Position numbers and translations under genes: made by a program. Of a stretch of 60,525 nt of DNA, positions 27,642 to 37,392 are shown piece after piece (positions within the stretch are counted from its first letter, which is position 1; each line of letters starts with the position of its first letter). The stretch lies in IMG/VR virus record IMGVR_UViG_3300012347_000246; one strand, 5' to 3'. The notes below the pieces were generated by a model. The model was not told the origin of the DNA. It saw nothing but the letters and a program-made list of their open reading frames with translations, and ran no database searches. Source of the stretch: an uncultured virus (IMG/VR IMGVR_UViG_3300012347_000246) (lineage: Duplodnaviria; Heunggongvirae; Uroviricota; Caudoviricetes).

Positions 27642-30323
27642 ATGGCAGCAACAATTTCATGGCGTAACATTTTTGATCTAAATCAAGATCAAATCAAAGA
27701 CCCCAATCTAATCTATCCAGGGCAAGAATTATCAATGCCCGACGGGTCTTCGTACACTGTAGTAAACGGTGACTCTCTGAGTAAAATTGCAGCAGAGTAC
27801 AACCGCACACATCAAGAACCCGAAGACTCTTTGTCTGATGACGAAGCTAACGCAATTGAATCATCTGACAACAGCCCAACAGAAGACGATGTAACTGCCT
27901 ACATGGCTAGACATCCCGACGACGAGTCAACACCGGCTAAGCCCGCAGCGCCGGTTGTTCAAGCAGAAGTTCCAAAGCCTTCAATGAATCCGTTGCATAG
28001 CTATGCCACCTACACATACGGCATTACATTGTTTGTGTTAAGCAAAGACAGCTACAAAGAATTAGTAAACGGAACTGCATCCTCTAACTGGAAGCCAACT
28101 TATAGCTTGATTAGCAGTGGTGGCAATTTCCATGGCGTTCCTGGACAGTCGGGTAGCAGACACCCTGCATTCCACGATGACTTTTACTTTGACAATTTGC
28201 GTATGAGTACCATTATCGGTATGAACTCTGACACTAGAGGTACTAATGCAATTGACCTGAGTTTCACTATCATTGAGCCGTACGGACTAACACTACTTGA
28301 TCGCATTATTGAAGTTTCGTTGGACAAGAAGGTAGATAGTAAAAACTATCTGCAACAGCCTTACCTGTTGCAAGTTGACTTCTATGGTGCTGATGAACTA
28401 GGCAAGTTACATACACCTATTCCTGAATTACAAAAGCGTATTCCTATTAAGCTGCTTGAAATGAAAATCAAAGTAGGCAGCAAAGGTGCTGAGTATGCGT
28501 TCAAGGCTGTTCCATTTAACCACGGAGCAATGCTTGAGTCGACTAACAGTACTCCTGCAAACTTTGAAATTGGCGCAAAGACTGTTGGTGATTTCTTTGG
28601 GTCAATGCAACAGGACGATATTTCTGCACAGGTTGCAGCAAAGGATCAAGCACGTAGCGACGAGATCCTTGCACGTGGTATTGTAAATGACGATGACGGT
28701 AATCCGCTACCTGGGGTAGGCCGAGTAGGACTCGGCGGCGACGAAAAGGCCCTTGCTGCTGCACAAAAAACAATCAATGCTCCTTACAGTGTTAAGAGCT
28801 ATGCTGGTGCATGGAACTCGTTCCAGCAAAAAGCCAAGGACACAGAAAAAATCAAAGTAGCAAACCAAATTGCATTTGAGATTGATCCAGAAATTAGAGA
28901 CAGTGATATTGTTGATCCTACTAAGATGCCCTATGCTCGGTCTAAGATGGAGCAAGGCAAAGAAGTTGATAAATCAGCAGCACAAGCCAATAACGCAGAA
29001 GTTGGTGCAAAGACTCCTGCTAACAACTTTGACCCTAAACAGATGTTGTTTAACGTTACGTCGGGTACCAGCATTGTTGACGTTGTTAACCTTGTGCTAA
29101 AGAACAGCGACTATATCAAGCGTCAGGTAGTTGACCCTTTAACTGATAAAAACACATTACCCGAAGAAACCACAGTTAAGTATTTCAAAGTTATTCCTAA
29201 AGTGGAACTACTGGACTTTGATGCAATTAGAAATGACTGGGGTAAGAAAACTACTTTCTACATCAAGAAGTACGAGTACTTTAACTCTAAACATCCTAAC
29301 TTACCTACAGCTAAACCACGTGGTGCAGTTAAAGAATACAACTATTTCTATACCGGTAAGAACATTGATATTCTAGAACTTAACATTGATTTTGATACTG
29401 CGTACTATACTACTATCGTTGTAAACCGCGAAAAAGCAGAAGCAACTAGCGGAGCAATTGGTGCAGACGAAGGCGGCGCAGACAAAGATAAGACTAAAAG
29501 AGCACCCGGGGCAGGCACAGCAACCCCTGCAACGCAGCAAATTGTGGGCACTGATGCTACAGCACAGTCCACTGGTGCAGACACTGCTAAAACGGTTCTA
29601 GTATCCAACGCAATGAAGAGCATTTACTCTAGTAGCCGCGGCGATATGCTGAACGTAAAACTAAAGATCCTTGGTGATCCACATTTTATTAAGCAAGACG
29701 ATTTATACGCTAACCCTGGCCAGAGTACCTATGACGACAGTAAAGTAATGATCAATCCTGGGTCACTGAACATGGATGCGTCAGAAATCTTCTGTAAGAT
29801 TAACTTTGAAACTCCAGTTGATATGGATGACAAAACAGGACTTCGCAGAGATAATCCCAAGTATAGAAACTCTGGCTTTAGTGGATTCTACAAGATATTA
29901 AAAGTGGACAGTGAGTTTTCCAAAGGACAATTTGTGCAAACACTGGACTGCATTAGAATCTTTGACAAGACTGATAATGCTGCCACAGGGTCAGGCAATG
30001 AACGTGCAGAAAACAACAAAGGGTTGATGAACAAACAATTAGCTGATCAAAATCAACGTGATGCCGATGATCCAGCAGGACTCGATACCAGCGATGAAGA
30101 AACCACAACAGCAAGCGACGAATTGGTGCAGCTAAGTGGACCAACTGATGACGAAGAGTTTGATACCCCCGAAGACAATGCTGATGAGGTTGAGTTTCCT
30201 GAAGAGGACAATGCAACATCAGAAGGGCAACAAATTGCAGACGATTTGTCTGATGCTGAAGAATTAGATATTGGCGACCAAATGGCCAGAGAATCAACTA
30301 ATCCGGAACCCGAAAATCCGTAA
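27642..30323 (+). CDS. Baseplate hub protein (gp27-like) with N-terminal permuted LysM
   Basis: Lies between gp53 and gp5. Hub motifs LKILGDPHFI and SGFYKILKVDSEFSKGQFVQTL; LysM half-motifs at the N-terminus; acidic tails. Confidence 0.7.
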   Translation: MAATISWRNIFDLNQDQIKDPNLIYPGQELSMPDGSSYTVVNGDSLSKIAAEYNRTHQEPEDSLSDDEANAIESSDNSPTEDDVTAYMARHPDDESTPAKPAAPVVQAEVPKPSMNPLHSYATYTYGITLFVLSKDSYKELVNGTASSNWKPTYSLISSGGNFHGVPGQSGSRHPAFHDDFYFDNLRMSTIIGMNSDTRGTNAIDLSFTIIEPYGLTLLDRIIEVSLDKKVDSKNYLQQPYLLQVDFYGADELGKLHTPIPELQKRIPIKLLEMKIKVGSKGAEYAFKAVPFNHGAMLESTNSTPANFEIGAKTVGDFFGSMQQDDISAQVAAKDQARSDEILARGIVNDDDGNPLPGVGRVGLGGDEKALAAAQKTINAPYSVKSYAGAWNSFQQKAKDTEKIKVANQIAFEIDPEIRDSDIVDPTKMPYARSKMEQGKEVDKSAAQANNAEVGAKTPANNFDPKQMLFNVTSGTSIVDVVNLVLKNSDYIKRQVVDPLTDKNTLPEETTVKYFKVIPKVELLDFDAIRNDWGKKTTFYIKKYEYFNSKHPNLPTAKPRGAVKEYNYFYTGKNIDILELNIDFDTAYYTTIVVNREKAEATSGAIGADEGGADKDKTKRAPGAGTATPATQQIVGTDATAQSTGADTAKTVLVSNAMKSIYSSSRGDMLNVKLKILGDPHFIKQDDLYANPGQSTYDDSKVMINPGSLNMDASEIFCKINFETPVDMDDKTGLRRDNPKYRNSGFSGFYKILKVDSEFSKGQFVQTLDCIRIFDKTDNAATGSGNERAENNKGLMNKQLADQNQRDADDPAGLDTSDEETTTASDELVQLSGPTDDEEFDTPEDNADEVEFPEEDNATSEGQQIADDLSDAEELDIGDQMARESTNPEPENP

Positions 30324-30337
30324 TGAAAGAATAACAT

Positions 30338-33300
30338 ATGAGTTCAGATAAACGCTTAGGCCGTAGATTACCCGAACGTGTACGCCGTGAAGACACTCCG
30401 GGTATTCGCATTGACTCTGGCCCCTTTGTTGGTATTATTAAAAACAACATTGACCCTACACGCAGTGGTCGTTTACAAGTGTGGATTCCAGACTTAGGTA
30501 GTGATGAGAATGACCCGCAAGGTTGGCGTACAGTAGGATATGCAAGTCCATTCTATGGTGCAACATACCAGCCTAACGCTAGTAAAAACAATAAGTTTAG
30601 TGAAGTACAGCACAGCTACGGTATGTGGGCAGTAGTGCCAGACATTGGTAACCAAGTTATTTGTACATTCATTGCAGGTGACCCCAACAGAGGCTTTTGG
30701 TTTGCATGTATTAACCCTAACCTAGGACATTACATGGTCCCGGCTCTTGGCGCAAGTCCGAAAGTTGATAACAACAATACAGTTGATGGGCTAAAATCTA
30801 AGTACGATGCAAAGAATAGCGTTTGGCCAGTGGCAGAGTTTAACGAAAATATTGAAAGCAATATTACCGCAGGGTGGACCAACAACGAAAAGCCGGTACA
30901 CGAATTCCAAGCAAATATATTAATTGAGCAGGGATTAGATCGAGATGGCGTGCGTGGCGCAGTTGGATCGAGCAGCCAACGCGAAAGCCCGAGTCACGTA
31001 TTTGGCATTAGCACTCCTGGTCGTCCACTAAATGATCCAATGGATAATCCTGAGTATCAAACCAAGCTAAAAGCCGGTACGTTAACTGAAGCAGATTATG
31101 CAATTCGAGGACGTAAAGGTGGTCATACTTTTGTTTTAGACGATGGAGACCAACAAGGTACCGATCAACTGGTTCGTTTGCGTAGTGCAGGCGGCCACCA
31201 GATCTTAATGAATGACACTGAACGGGTGATGTACATCGCCAATAGCGACGGTAGTTGCTGGATGGAATTCACAGGCGGTGGCCACATTAACGTATACAGC
31301 TCAACGGGTATTAACTACAGAACCGATGGGGACTTTAACCTCCACGCCGACAGAGACATTAACATTAATGCAGGCGGCTCTATTAAAATGAAAGCTGACA
31401 CAGCATTTGGAATTCAGACCAAAGATTTCACAGTTAAGTCAGCTAACAGCATTGGTATGCAATCGGGAAAGATTGGTATACTGTCAGATGGCGCATTAAA
31501 CTTGCAATCATCTAGCGGAGGATGGGGCAATGATGGTAAGCTAGTGCTCAAAGGAAGCAAGATAATGTTGAACACCGATGCTCCGCCTGCGGTCAACAAC
31601 GTGCCTGACATGAAAACATTTAAACAGTCGGATACCGGGTGGGACAAAGACCAAGGCATTTGGGTGTCCAACGACGAAGCATTTGAAAGTATTGCAACTA
31701 TTGCACCTGCACATGAGCCTTGGGCCCGTGGTGCTGGCAAAGGTGTTAAGAAATCTGCAAGCCAATTTGGCGCTGCACCAAAGAACAGTAAACCCACTAG
31801 CGTTTGTGCGCCACCGGGTGCGCCAGCTGGATCGGCAATCGGAAGCATGAAACCAAGTGGTGCAAACAATGAAGCAATTTTAGAATCTGCATTAGGCGGG
31901 TATGGTATCACAGACAAGGTGCAGTTTGCAGCTATTATGTCCCAGTGTGCCCATGAAAGCGGCAACTTCCAGTTCTTAAAGGAGCTTGGTGCCGACAGCT
32001 ACTTCCAAAAATACGAAGGCAGACGCGATCTCGGGAACACTCAGCCCGGCGATGGTCTCAAGTTTAAAGGCCGTGGATTTATTCAAATTACAGGGCGAGA
32101 TATTTACACAAGAGCCGGCGCATTTTTAGGAGTTGATTTAGTGGGTAATCCACAGCTTGCCGAGGAGCCAGTGACTGCTGCTAAGTTAGTGTTGTTCTTC
32201 TTCTTTGAATACAAAAAGAGTCGCACAGCAAATCTAAACTGGGGCGATGTAACAGCAGTTACTCGTTTAGTTAATGGCGGCACAAACGGAATCAAAGACC
32301 GTGAAAACAAATATGCGGCCTATACGCAAAAGTATGCCAATGGCGTAGTAACTTCTGGCAGTGGAACTATTGTTACTACAGGTAGCGGTGCACCACTACA
32401 AACCGGTGCTTCACAACTCGACCCAGGTCCGCAGTTAGCCAAAGGACAGCCGGTTGTAAATCCTGCCCCAGCAGAATCAATGGGCAGACAGGACGCCCCG
32501 AGTCCAGCAGCCATTGCAGCAATCGAGGATAAAATCCCGGGCTTAATTCCCACACAAGTTAAAGCTCTAATGTTGGAAATTGGATTTGCTGAAAGTCAAC
32601 TTGATTTTGCAGCACAAGATCAAACACTAGGACGTATTGGTCGTTACAAAGTTAACGGAAACATTTTAAAGTATTACGGCTACCTTAAGCCGGACTACTT
32701 AACAAAGTTTGGATCTGCGGCTGTGTTCCGTGATGATGCATACACTGGTAAAGATGGTATTACTAGCACACAAGCATTCTTAAGTGCAAAAGGTACACAA
32801 GACTCGCTAATGGAATTGTTTATCAATGACTGTTACAAAGTATTGGTGAGCAACAAAGGCATCAAAGTCGATGATGATGTTTGTACCGTTGCTGGTATGT
32901 TAGCAGTGGCTTACTTCTTGCGTGACAGTGAGCGTAGTCTAACATCAGGGCCTCCGCCTGATCAAGCTAAGTTCTGGAGAGAACAAGGTGCAAACATTAA
33001 AAATGCACAAGGTCAGCAGTGTGAAACTGCGTACAATCAAGGCCGGTATGCAATCGATGTGTTGAGCATTGCATCTAGTGGGACCACTGGAACCTCTGGG
33101 GCAACTGGATCAGTTGCAAATTTTGCACCAGCAACAGTTGATATCAACCCCGAGGATGTTATGAATTTCACTAATAGATCCGGAGACAGAACACACTTTG
33201 AGGCAGCAACAGTTGATTTTAAAAATCGTTTGTTGCAAGCTGCAAGAGATTACAAAGCTCAAACTGGTAAGAAAATAACCATGAGCAGTACTGTGCGGAC

Positions 33301-33619
33301 TCAAGAAGAACAAGATGGCATTTATAACGGGTGGATTGCTGCTGGCGGACAATTGCCTGGTAGACCAACAGTTAATGTAACACCATATGGTAATATCAGT
33401 CGCCCTGTTAAGATTGTTGGTAACCACGGATTAGGTATCGCAGCGGACATTGGCGTAGCAGATGCTATTGCAATGGAGCAAATGGGAATTTTAGCCAAAT
33501 ACGGCTTATACAGATTTGACCCAAGCGGAGATCCACCTCACATTCAGCTTAAGCCCGAACTTCGCCCTGCTAACTTATCTACTATTCAGAGTCTGGGTAG
33601 TGGGACTAAAACTGGATAA
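30338..33619 (+). CDS. gp5: Central spike gp5-like protein with GH19, a second lysozyme-like domain and an M15 peptidase domain
   Basis: OB-fold DPTRSGRLQVWIP..PDIGNQV; beta-helix GHTFVLDD/GHQILMND; GH19 AHESG..FKGRGFIQITG..VNGGTNG; C-terminal RTQEEQ..NHGLGIAAD..DPPH. Confidence 0.88.
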   Translation: MSSDKRLGRRLPERVRREDTPGIRIDSGPFVGIIKNNIDPTRSGRLQVWIPDLGSDENDPQGWRTVGYASPFYGATYQPNASKNNKFSEVQHSYGMWAVVPDIGNQVICTFIAGDPNRGFWFACINPNLGHYMVPALGASPKVDNNNTVDGLKSKYDAKNSVWPVAEFNENIESNITAGWTNNEKPVHEFQANILIEQGLDRDGVRGAVGSSSQRESPSHVFGISTPGRPLNDPMDNPEYQTKLKAGTLTEADYAIRGRKGGHTFVLDDGDQQGTDQLVRLRSAGGHQILMNDTERVMYIANSDGSCWMEFTGGGHINVYSSTGINYRTDGDFNLHADRDININAGGSIKMKADTAFGIQTKDFTVKSANSIGMQSGKIGILSDGALNLQSSSGGWGNDGKLVLKGSKIMLNTDAPPAVNNVPDMKTFKQSDTGWDKDQGIWVSNDEAFESIATIAPAHEPWARGAGKGVKKSASQFGAAPKNSKPTSVCAPPGAPAGSAIGSMKPSGANNEAILESALGGYGITDKVQFAAIMSQCAHESGNFQFLKELGADSYFQKYEGRRDLGNTQPGDGLKFKGRGFIQITGRDIYTRAGAFLGVDLVGNPQLAEEPVTAAKLVLFFFFEYKKSRTANLNWGDVTAVTRLVNGGTNGIKDRENKYAAYTQKYANGVVTSGSGTIVTTGSGAPLQTGASQLDPGPQLAKGQPVVNPAPAESMGRQDAPSPAAIAAIEDKIPGLIPTQVKALMLEIGFAESQLDFAAQDQTLGRIGRYKVNGNILKYYGYLKPDYLTKFGSAAVFRDDAYTGKDGITSTQAFLSAKGTQDSLMELFINDCYKVLVSNKGIKVDDDVCTVAGMLAVAYFLRDSERSLTSGPPPDQAKFWREQGANIKNAQGQQCETAYNQGRYAIDVLSIASSGTTGTSGATGSVANFAPATVDINPEDVMNFTNRSGDRTHFEAATVDFKNRLLQAARDYKAQTGKKITMSSTVRTQEEQDGIYNGWIAAGGQLPGRPTVNVTPYGNISRPVKIVGNHGLGIAADIGVADAIAMEQMGILAKYGLYRFDPSGDPPHIQLKPELRPANLSTIQSLGSGTKTG

Positions 33620-33627
33620 ATATTGAT

Positions 33628-34002
33628 ATGGCAACTTACCGCGGGTTTAACACAATCGACCAATCTAAAAAGTTCAGATTAACAGATCTGGACTTAGTTA
33701 AACGCAACCTATTAAATCATTTTAAAATTCGCAAGGGCGAAAAATTAATGCAACCAAACTTTGGTAGTATTATTTGGAACACATTGTTTGAGCCCTTAAC
33801 TGAAGAGACTAAAAAGATCATTATAGATGACGTCACTGCGGTAGTTGGATACGATCCACGTTTGATTATCGACGGGGTAATTATTCAGCAGTTAGATAGT
33901 GGGCTACAGTTACAGATTAGTTTAACTTATAAACCCACTAACATTAGCACCACTATGAATTTGAATTTCAATAAGAACTCTGAAACACTAACAGCGTCTT
34001 AA
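33628..34002 (+). CDS. gp25: Baseplate wedge subunit gp25-like
   Basis: KGEKLMQPNFGS..LFEP..YDPR motif. Confidence 0.92.
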   Translation: MATYRGFNTIDQSKKFRLTDLDLVKRNLLNHFKIRKGEKLMQPNFGSIIWNTLFEPLTEETKKIIIDDVTAVVGYDPRLIIDGVIIQQLDSGLQLQISLTYKPTNISTTMNLNFNKNSETLTAS

Positions 34003-34048
34003 TACTACCACTTTTTAACAGCCATAAATACTAGATATAGGTATAGAT

Positions 34049-37000
34049 ATGGCTACAACCACACGTCAAACAAGTTTACTAGTCCAACAAGATTGGACAA
34101 AATTGTATCAGACATTCCGTAACGCAGACTTCCAAAGCTACGATTACGAAACTCTACGCAAGTCAATGATTGACTACTTGCGTACTTACTACCCAGAAGA
34201 TTTCAACGACTTTACTGAGAGCAGCGAATACATCGCATTGATTGATTTGATTGCTTTTTTAGGTCAAAGTTTGGCTTTCCGTACTGATTTAAACGCACGT
34301 GAAAACTTCTTAGATACAGCTGAAAGACGTGACAGTGTATTAAAGTTAGCCCGGTTAATCAGCTATAACCCTAAGCGTAACATTCCTGCTAGCGGGTACC
34401 TAAAAATTGATAGTGTAAGCACCACAGAAACCATCATTGATAGCAATGGCCTAAATTTGGCTAATTTGCTAGTTACATGGAATGATGCTGCAAACGAAAA
34501 CTGGCTCGAACAGTTTACGAGTGTAATGAATGCTACCTTGGTAAGCAGCCAGGTAATTGGTAAACCAGGATCAAGCAACACCATCAACGGTATTTTAAAT
34601 GACGAATATAGTGTTAACATTGTTCCTGGAGTTACCCCAGTCTACAAATTTAATGCTAGCATTGAAGGCATTAACATGCCGTTTGAAGCAGTCAGTGCCA
34701 CTAGCTATAACCAGAATTATGTTTACGAAAAAGATCCAAAGCCCACTGGTGTGTTTAACTTGCTGGCCAAGAATGACAACCAAGGCAATGGTTCTATTAA
34801 TACCGGTTTCTTTGTTTACTTTAAACAAGGCGAATTAAAGACCCTAGACTTCACACTCAATGACAGTTTGCCTAATCGTGTAACAAACATTAACTTTGAT
34901 AACATCAACAACAATGACGTCTGGTTGTACGGATTAACAAGTCAAAATGTCCCCGGTGTTAAGTGGACACAGATTCCTGCCATTGGCGGATTGAATGTGG
35001 TATACAACCAAGAAAGCGAACGTAACTTATATCAAGTAAACACCCGCAGCAATGATCAAATTGATCTAGTTTTTGGCGACGGTGCGTTTGCAAATATTCC
35101 GCAGGGCAATTTCCGTTTGTACTATCGTCAAAGCAATGGCTTGGGATATAAAATTACTCCTGACGAAATGCAGGCAGTAAGTTTCGCGATTAGCTACGTA
35201 AGTCGTAATAACAGAATTGAGACGCTAACCGTTCGTGCCAGCCTAAACTATACAGTAACTAATAGTTCGGCTAAAGAGTCTATTAACGATATCCGCACAA
35301 AGGCTCCTCAGCAGTACTATACACAAAACCGTATGATCACTGGTGAGGACTACAATACTCTACCATACACTAGCTTTAACAATATTCTAAAAGTTAAGGC
35401 GGCAAATCGTGCTAGTTCTGGTATTAGTCGCTACCTTGATGTAGTAGATAGCAGTGGCAAATATTCAAGTACAAACATTTTTGGCGATGACGGCTTGTTG
35501 TACAAAAATTACGACAATACTACCAAGTCTTTTACATATACCACAGTCAACGAAGTAAACAGAGTAATCTTTAACGTTGCTAAGCCAATGGTTAGTAAAA
35601 AAGAAGTGTCTCATTTATACTATGAAACAGCAACAAGATTTGTTCCTAACACCACAGCGGTGTGGAACCAAAGCTCAGCATCTATAAACACAAGCACCGG
35701 ATTCTTTAATGCGGGAGTCAACATTGGGGTAGGAGCCACAGGTAACTATCAGTACATTACAATGGGTGCGTTGATCCGATTCGTTCCACCTACTGGGTAT
35801 TATTTTGATAAAAATAATCAACTACAGGCAGGTACTGCAACGTTGGTAACGGACAAGAATTACATTTATGCAAGCGTAGATTCGACATCATCGCCGATGC
35901 TAACTGTTAGCCAATTTATTCCTACCGGTGCCGTGGTTGAGTACATTATACCAGTGTTTAAAAATGACTGGCCATCGTCTCTAGTTTCAACCATTTCGTC
36001 ACAAATTATGGCGAACAAGAACTTTGGTATTCGTTATGATATTCCAACAATGACTTGGACGATTATTAACAATATCAATTTGTCAATGAGTAGTTTTGAT
36101 TTGAGTACCGCAGGGTCTAATAGTGACACTAGCTGGTTCTTGGCATTTACATATAATAACGGTCAATATACTATTACTCAGCGTAACTTATATTACTACA
36201 TCCATAGTGTATTACAAACACGCTTCTATTTTGATCCCAAGACTAAGACCTACGACAGTACCACAGGTTTAATTTTAAAAGATCACATTAAAATTTTACG
36301 AACAAACAGCAAGCCAGATAACTCTGAGCCACTGACTGTTGATCAAACATGGTATGTATATGACAGCGTTATTCAACCTGACGGATATCAAGATACTCAA
36401 AAAATCTTAGTAACATTCCCGGATAGCAATAACGATGGAATTCCCGATGATCCATCATTATTTGAAACAGTAGTTGACCCAAGCGTTAACAGCAGCATCA
36501 AATATGTTTTCTTTAAACAAATGGTTGATTACAACAGTTTCATTAACTACTCAGTAGTAGATACTGGAACCATTGTGTCCACATATCCTTCGTTGTCTGC
36601 AATATCATTGAATTCTGGTCTGTACTTAGATGGCCAGGTGTTCTATGCATACAGTGAAAACAATTTTTATATTTGGGCCAATGGGTTAGTGTCACAAACT
36701 ACGGAGTATATTGCACGTATTGGTAGACAGAACCTACAATACCAGTATCGCCACAATAGTCCTAACAATCGTCGTATTGATCCAAGTCCAAACAACATTA
36801 TGGATCTGTATATCCTGACCAAGTCGTATAACACACAATATACTGCGTGGATCCGAGATACTAGCAATAAAGTAATTCAGCCAGTGGCTCCTACTACAGA
36901 AGAGTTACGCACAGACTTTGGTACACTAGAAAATTTAAAAGCTCTTAGCGATACTATCATTTACAACAGCGTTAAATTTAAGCCAATCTTTGGTGCAAAG

Positions 37001-37369
37001 GCAGAATCAGTGTTGCAAGCAACATTTAAAATTGTAAAGAACCCTAACATTACAGTCAGCGATAACGACATTAAGTCGCAAGTGATTTCGGCAATTAACA
37101 ATTATTTTGATATCACAAACTGGGACTTCGGGGAGAGTTTCTACTTTTCCGAATTAAGTGCGTACTTGCACAATAAGCTAACTCCGAATGTTAGTAGCAT
37201 TATTATTGTTCCAAGTTCAAGCACTGCACAGTTTGGTGGATTGTATCAAATTAACGCAGAGCCTAACGAAATTATTGTTAGTGCTGCAACAGTTGATAAC
37301 ATCGAAATCATTAGTGCAATTACTGCGGCTCAATTGAACCAGACCGCAGCAGGGTTAAATATTGTATAA
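34049..37369 (+). CDS. gp6: Baseplate wedge subunit gp6-like (extended, 1106 aa)
   Basis: DFNDFTESSEY..ENFLDTAERRDSVLKLARLISY, FGDG and QNRMITGEDY motifs. Confidence 0.9.
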   Translation: MATTTRQTSLLVQQDWTKLYQTFRNADFQSYDYETLRKSMIDYLRTYYPEDFNDFTESSEYIALIDLIAFLGQSLAFRTDLNARENFLDTAERRDSVLKLARLISYNPKRNIPASGYLKIDSVSTTETIIDSNGLNLANLLVTWNDAANENWLEQFTSVMNATLVSSQVIGKPGSSNTINGILNDEYSVNIVPGVTPVYKFNASIEGINMPFEAVSATSYNQNYVYEKDPKPTGVFNLLAKNDNQGNGSINTGFFVYFKQGELKTLDFTLNDSLPNRVTNINFDNINNNDVWLYGLTSQNVPGVKWTQIPAIGGLNVVYNQESERNLYQVNTRSNDQIDLVFGDGAFANIPQGNFRLYYRQSNGLGYKITPDEMQAVSFAISYVSRNNRIETLTVRASLNYTVTNSSAKESINDIRTKAPQQYYTQNRMITGEDYNTLPYTSFNNILKVKAANRASSGISRYLDVVDSSGKYSSTNIFGDDGLLYKNYDNTTKSFTYTTVNEVNRVIFNVAKPMVSKKEVSHLYYETATRFVPNTTAVWNQSSASINTSTGFFNAGVNIGVGATGNYQYITMGALIRFVPPTGYYFDKNNQLQAGTATLVTDKNYIYASVDSTSSPMLTVSQFIPTGAVVEYIIPVFKNDWPSSLVSTISSQIMANKNFGIRYDIPTMTWTIINNINLSMSSFDLSTAGSNSDTSWFLAFTYNNGQYTITQRNLYYYIHSVLQTRFYFDPKTKTYDSTTGLILKDHIKILRTNSKPDNSEPLTVDQTWYVYDSVIQPDGYQDTQKILVTFPDSNNDGIPDDPSLFETVVDPSVNSSIKYVFFKQMVDYNSFINYSVVDTGTIVSTYPSLSAISLNSGLYLDGQVFYAYSENNFYIWANGLVSQTTEYIARIGRQNLQYQYRHNSPNNRRIDPSPNNIMDLYILTKSYNTQYTAWIRDTSNKVIQPVAPTTEELRTDFGTLENLKALSDTIIYNSVKFKPIFGAKAESVLQATFKIVKNPNITVSDNDIKSQVISAINNYFDITNWDFGESFYFSELSAYLHNKLTPNVSSIIIVPSSSTAQFGGLYQINAEPNEIIVSAATVDNIEIISAITAAQLNQTAAGLNIV

Positions 37370-37392
37370 GTTCACAATTTAACGAGATAAAA

